Assembly (NCBI GenBank): GCA_963693055.1
Contig: OY843751.1
Span: 736,001 to 800,000, forward strand
From: a bacterium
Lineage (GTDB): Bacteria; Zhuqueibacterota; Zhuqueibacteria; Residuimicrobiales; Krinioviventaceae
DNA length: 64,000 nucleotides
Direction: 5' to 3'
Positions within the stretch are counted from its first letter, which is position 1, and every line of letters begins with the position of its first letter. This document shows positions 59,974 to 64,000 of this stretch, piece after piece. The notes under the pieces were generated by a model. The model saw nothing but the letters and a program-made list of their open reading frames with translations. It did no database searches and was not told the origin of the DNA. A program made the position numbers and the translations under genes.

Positions 59974-61659
59974 CTATTTCCTCCCCACCAACGGATTCAG
60001 GATTACCGCTATGCCTACCAATACAACACATCCAATAACGTTGAACCACAGATAGGGGATCTCGGTGAACTGGTAGCTTGCCAGCACAACACCTTCCGCA
60101 ATGATTGCAGCGATAAATGTTGCCGTAGACCCGATACGTTTGAAATAAAACGCTACCAGGAAAATGCCCAGTATGGTTCCGTAAAAGAGCGAACCGAGAA
60201 TGTTCACCGCCTCGATCAATGAGCCCAACCGATTTGCAAAGAGTGCAAAAATGATGGCATAGATGCCCCAGAACAGGGTGGCAACTTTGGATGCAATGAG
60301 ATAATGTTTTTCAGATGCCTGCTTTTTAAACATGCGTTTGTAAATATCTATAACCGATGTTGAGGCAAGGGCGTTCAACTCTGCCGATGTGGAAGACATG
60401 GAGGCCGACAAAATAGCCGCCAGGATCAGGCCTACCAGGCCGACAGGCAGGAAATTGATCACAAAGCTTAAAAAGATATAGTTGGTATCGTTTGTGTCTG
60501 CGTCCGGGTTGGCCTGTGCGATAACGGATTTTGCATTTTCGCGGATTCCAAGTTCAGACTGACGCATTTTCATCAGCTCTTGTCTGCTCGATTGCAGTTG
60601 CGCGGGATTGTCGCCATGCAGTGCATCGAGCATGTTGCGGATTCCCTGTTGTTTTTCAGTATGGACTGTCTGGAAGTCCTGCTCTAGCTGACGATATTGT
60701 TCCGCGTAGAGACTGCTTTTAACTTCCTCGGTAACAACCGGATTAAATACCAGGGGTGGCATGGTAAACTGGTAAAAGACAAAAATCATGGCGCCTATGA
60801 ATAGAATAGAGAACTGCATGGGGATCTTGACCACACCGTTTGCCAGTAAACCCATGCGGCTGGAAGCAACGGATTTCCCGGAGAGGTAGCGCTGTACCTG
60901 GGACTGGTCCGTACCAAAGTACGAGAGCGCCAAAAAGGTACCACCAATCAATCCGGACCATATGTTGTACCGGTCCCGCCAGTCAAAGTCGAATGTTATG
61001 GCATTGAGCTTACCCATTTTGCCTGCTACGTGCGCGGCATCCAGAAAAGAAATGTCCGGGGGCAGCAGGCGAAAGATCATAATAAACGCGGAAAGCATGC
61101 CCGCGGTAATTATGAGCATTTGCAGCAGATGGGTCTTGTTGACAGCGTCTGTCCCACCTGATGTGGTATAGAGGATAACCACTCCGCCAATCATATATAT
61201 AGTCAGACGAATGTCCCAACCCAGCAATACGGAAAGGATCAGCGCCGGTGCAAAAATAGTAAATCCTGCTGCCAGTCCGCGTTGGATGAGAAACAGTATG
61301 GCGCCTAATGCCCGGATTTTGAGATCAAAGCGCTGTTCAAGATATTCATAGGCTGTATATACATTGAGTCTGTGAAAAATCGGCACGGCTGTAACGGATA
61401 AAATAATCATGGCAATGGGAAGGCCCAGATAAAACTGCACAAATCGCATTCCGTCAACAAATGCTTGTCCCGGTGTTGAAAGAAACGTGATAGCACTGGC
61501 CTGGGTTGCCATAATAGAGAGGGTAACCGTATACCAGGGCGTAGAACGGTTTGCCAGCAAATATTCTTGAATATTTTTTTTACCGCGTGTTTTCCAGATT
61601 CCATAACCGGCAACAAATGCTAAAAATGAAAAAAGGACGATCCAGTCTATTTGGGTCAT
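59974..61659 (-). CDS. Sodium:solute symporter (SSS family)
   Basis: SIMATQASAITFLSTPG, TAYEYLEQRF, YFGTDQSQVQRYL, AAILSASMSS. Confidence 0.95.
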   Translation of the reverse strand: MTQIDWIVLFSFLAFVAGYGIWKTRGKKNIQEYLLANRSTPWYTVTLSIMATQASAITFLSTPGQAFVDGMRFVQFYLGLPIAMIILSVTAVPIFHRLNVYTAYEYLEQRFDLKIRALGAILFLIQRGLAAGFTIFAPALILSVLLGWDIRLTIYMIGGVVILYTTSGGTDAVNKTHLLQMLIITAGMLSAFIMIFRLLPPDISFLDAAHVAGKMGKLNAITFDFDWRDRYNIWSGLIGGTFLALSYFGTDQSQVQRYLSGKSVASSRMGLLANGVVKIPMQFSILFIGAMIFVFYQFTMPPLVFNPVVTEEVKSSLYAEQYRQLEQDFQTVHTEKQQGIRNMLDALHGDNPAQLQSSRQELMKMRQSELGIRENAKSVIAQANPDADTNDTNYIFLSFVINFLPVGLVGLILAAILSASMSSTSAELNALASTSVIDIYKRMFKKQASEKHYLIASKVATLFWGIYAIIFALFANRLGSLIEAVNILGSLFYGTILGIFLVAFYFKRIGSTATFIAAIIAEGVVLASYQFTEIPYLWFNVIGCVVLVGIAVILNPLVGRK

Positions 61660-61668
61660 AGTTTAACC

Positions 61669-61794
61669 TTAATTGAAATAAATTGTAAACAGGTAATATA
61701 AAATGATCAATGCCACCAGGTGCAGAAACACAAATGCATAGAGCTGGTTCCAGGATTTTAAAACCGGTGGTTTCTCTTGCTCGTTATTTTTCAT
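61669..61794 (-). CDS. Small single-TM protein (41 aa) upstream of the SSS transporter
   Basis: Manual translation MKNNEQEKPPVLKSWNQLYAFVFLHLVALIILYYLFTIYFN*; GGAG RBS; overlaps the upstream stop and ends 9 nt before the SSS start. Confidence 0.75.
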   Translation of the reverse strand: MKNNEQEKPPVLKSWNQLYAFVFLHLVALIILYYLFTIYFN

Positions 61795-64000
61795 GAGATG
61801 CTCCTGCGGATAACAGGTTCACAAACAGACGGTACGCGCCGGGTACTCCTGCGGGTAACTGCCGGAACCATGAATAGCCTGTGTAAATGAAAACTCCCTT
61901 GCCGTAGCGGGTATATAGTAATCCGCCATTTCTTTCCGGTTCACCCGGATCGTGACTGGATAGCACCGCTTGATAGCGATCATCCCATTCCGAGCAGAAA
62001 TAGAGTCCCCGTTCCTGTACCCAATTCTCAAAATCCTTTTGCGTGATCTTGTTGGGATTGTTCAACAGAGGATGGTTGGGATCAAGCAGTGTAATAGCTG
62101 CGGTTTCATCACTGACGCGGTCACGGCTGATGGTTAAGGGATACGGACCAATCTCTTCTGTCTGCAATCCCCGGTTGACATTATATTGCACCACAAGTGT
62201 GCCTCCATCTTGTACATATTGCATCAGTTTGGGTTGGATATATTTTAAACGTTCTTCAGTGTTCCAGGCCCGTACACCGGTAATTATGGCATCATATTCG
62301 GCAAGAGAGCCATTTTCCAGAGCACCGTTGCTCAGTACCTCAATGGAATACCCCAGTTGAGTCAACGCCTCGGGGATCTCGTCACCAGAACCCATTATAT
62401 AGCCAATGCGCTCACCGGTTTTTTGGATATCAAGATTCACAACCTTGACCGTACTCTCGGGAAACAATACCAACTCGTCGATATGGGGATAAGAGATTTC
62501 GACAAGGGAGTTGGAATAGTTTTGCCCATCAATTTCAGCTATAGCGGTCAGCGTTGCTTCATCAGCGTCAGTAGGGGAAGTGATTTCGAACAAGATTGTT
62601 TTTTCATCATGCTTGTTAACAAGCGTAAAGTGTACCTCTGCGGGAGTAACCTTCCAATTTTCAGGACCGCTGATACGGAGTATGCCGGACTGGTTGTCTG
62701 CACTGCTTTTCAGTTTGACCGGTATGGTTTTGGCCCCATCAGAGAACATGAGCACTTGGGTGTCAAAATTTACTGTTACCGGCGGTCGGATTTCTAAAGG
62801 ACGATACAGTTCGCCAATGGCGCGGTCGGTCCAGCGATAGAGAACCGGCAGTGAGTAAACCAGTTCCTGTCCGTTTGCTTTCAGTGTTACAGAGACAGTC
62901 AGCGCAGGTGGATTTTCCGCAAGGCCAATCTCTTGCTGGTCTGTAACGACAAATGACCCGAATTCGGCTGGTTCTCTCAGCCAGTAGGGTTGAGAGAGGG
63001 GGAAATCCTTTGGGAATTGAACGGACAGGGTCTGACTCTCAATATGATTATTTTTTAATGCTACAAAAAGTGGTTTTTTATAGCTGACAGCGGGAATGCT
63101 TATATTCTCGAGCGTAAAAGGGAAATCGCATCGGTTGACCAGTGTTGTTTGCAGGGACAAGGGACTGCCCGGAGCGGCATCATAATCCTGTGCAATGGCT
63201 TCCATCCAGAGTCCGGCGCAGCCTTGAATAACGGATTTCAGTTCCTTTATTTTAAGACTCGTCCAGTCACTCTGAGGCAGCGAATTCATTTCGGCATAAA
63301 GGTTGATCAGCGCCGGCAGGGATTTATCCGGTTGCCGGGGATCGAAAGCTGCATTGATCTCTTTGAGCATGGCACCAATCTTTTTACCACCCGGGATCCG
63401 GTCCCATGAGGTGTCAATGTTTTCCATAATATCTGTTGCTGCGGGTTCACCAGCCAGCAGGTCAAAATATTCAAAACTCTCGCCACGTCTGCCCGCGGCA
63501 CCAAAGCCCTGGCTTTTGTGCATGGACCGGCTTTCTGCGGCAATTTCTGTGTATGATTTTCCCAACAAGGGATTAAATACGCCAATATCGATTCCCAACA
63601 GGTTTTGTGCCTGCTGTTGATTGGGGCGCCAACTGTTCCAGAACATTCGTTTGGGCTGCCAGGTATCCACATATTTCAACTGTTCCGGAAAACGACTGGC
63701 ATCACCGGCAGCTTTGAACGCATCCATAGCCAGTAACGCGGAAGCGGTGTGATGACCGTGACCACTGTAGCCATCCGGGGTAAAACGGGTAATAATGACA
63801 TCGGGTTTGAATTTACGGATCACCCAAACCACATCCGCTAAAATTTTTTCACGCCCCCAAAACTTAAAAGTCTCTTCCGCGGTTTTAGAGTACCCAAAAT
63901 CCACTGCACGGGTAAAGTACTGTTCAGCACCGTCAATTTGCCGGGCTTCTAACAGCTCGTGGGTACGGATGAGCCCAATCTCGCTGCCTTTTTCAGGACC
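61784..64000 (-). CDS. PIG-L/LmbE-family deacetylase with Ig-like and class I GATase-like C-terminal domains (5' end runs off the window)
   Basis: The frame stays open to 64000 (GPEKGSEIGLIRTHELLEARQIDGAEQYFTRAVDFGYSK); GHGHHTASA, SRSMHKSQGFG and WVQERGLYF motifs. Confidence 0.9.
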   Translation of the reverse strand, partial: GPEKGSEIGLIRTHELLEARQIDGAEQYFTRAVDFGYSKTAEETFKFWGREKILADVVWVIRKFKPDVIITRFTPDGYSGHGHHTASALLAMDAFKAAGDASRFPEQLKYVDTWQPKRMFWNSWRPNQQQAQNLLGIDIGVFNPLLGKSYTEIAAESRSMHKSQGFGAAGRRGESFEYFDLLAGEPAATDIMENIDTSWDRIPGGKKIGAMLKEINAAFDPRQPDKSLPALINLYAEMNSLPQSDWTSLKIKELKSVIQGCAGLWMEAIAQDYDAAPGSPLSLQTTLVNRCDFPFTLENISIPAVSYKKPLFVALKNNHIESQTLSVQFPKDFPLSQPYWLREPAEFGSFVVTDQQEIGLAENPPALTVSVTLKANGQELVYSLPVLYRWTDRAIGELYRPLEIRPPVTVNFDTQVLMFSDGAKTIPVKLKSSADNQSGILRISGPENWKVTPAEVHFTLVNKHDEKTILFEITSPTDADEATLTAIAEIDGQNYSNSLVEISYPHIDELVLFPESTVKVVNLDIQKTGERIGYIMGSGDEIPEALTQLGYSIEVLSNGALENGSLAEYDAIITGVRAWNTEERLKYIQPKLMQYVQDGGTLVVQYNVNRGLQTEEIGPYPLTISRDRVSDETAAITLLDPNHPLLNNPNKITQKDFENWVQERGLYFCSEWDDRYQAVLSSHDPGEPERNGGLLYTRYGKGVFIYTGYSWFRQLPAGVPGAYRLFVNLLSAGASHEK

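Noticed and set aside
59930-59975. G-rich stretch that might be a tRNA fragment or att site
   Set aside because: No cloverleaf, T-loop (GTTCRA) or CCA end, and no integrase nearby.
1-64000. Numerous 60-170 aa ORFs antisense to or nested within long genes
   Set aside because: They lie opposite or inside well-supported genes and show no recognisable motifs, so I treated them as shadow ORFs.
1-64000. Mobile elements, CRISPR-Cas, prophage or recognised defence systems
   Set aside because: No transposase, integrase, cas, phage structural or known defence-gene motifs were seen. Lhr here sits in a housekeeping context.

Overview
Chromosomal window (roughly 40% GC by eye) from a diderm bacterium. 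Two secreted proteins end in an 'N(Y/F)PNPFN...SG(V/I)Y(F/W)' sorting domain and there are PorV/PorT-like barrels, which suggests an FCB-related lineage such as KSB1 or Calditrichota (inference). Recognisable housekeeping genes are greA, lhr, uvrA and gltBD. The rest is signalling (Ser/Thr kinase-PEGA, GAF sigma54 activator, several histidine kinases, an OmpR pair, LuxR, MerR, TetR), two B12-binding radical SAM enzymes with lipid-related neighbours, a GH29 fucosidase, an RND pump and a PIG-L/SSS transporter operon. I saw no tRNA, rRNA, CRISPR array or transposase. The strongest unexplained signal is at 50.8-51.3 kb on the minus strand and is absent from the ORF track. Two homologous Asp-rich leader peptides (37 aa and 54 aa) lie in tandem, and the 3' end of each can pair with the 5' arm of the intrinsic terminator that follows it. 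This looks like a double ribosome-coupled attenuator in front of a 103-aa gene of unknown function. Other cis-signals are a greA leader terminator, NarL/LuxR-type boxes, an OmpR-type direct repeat, a TetR operator and a candidate sigma54 promoter. All calls come from reading motifs by eye; no database search was run.
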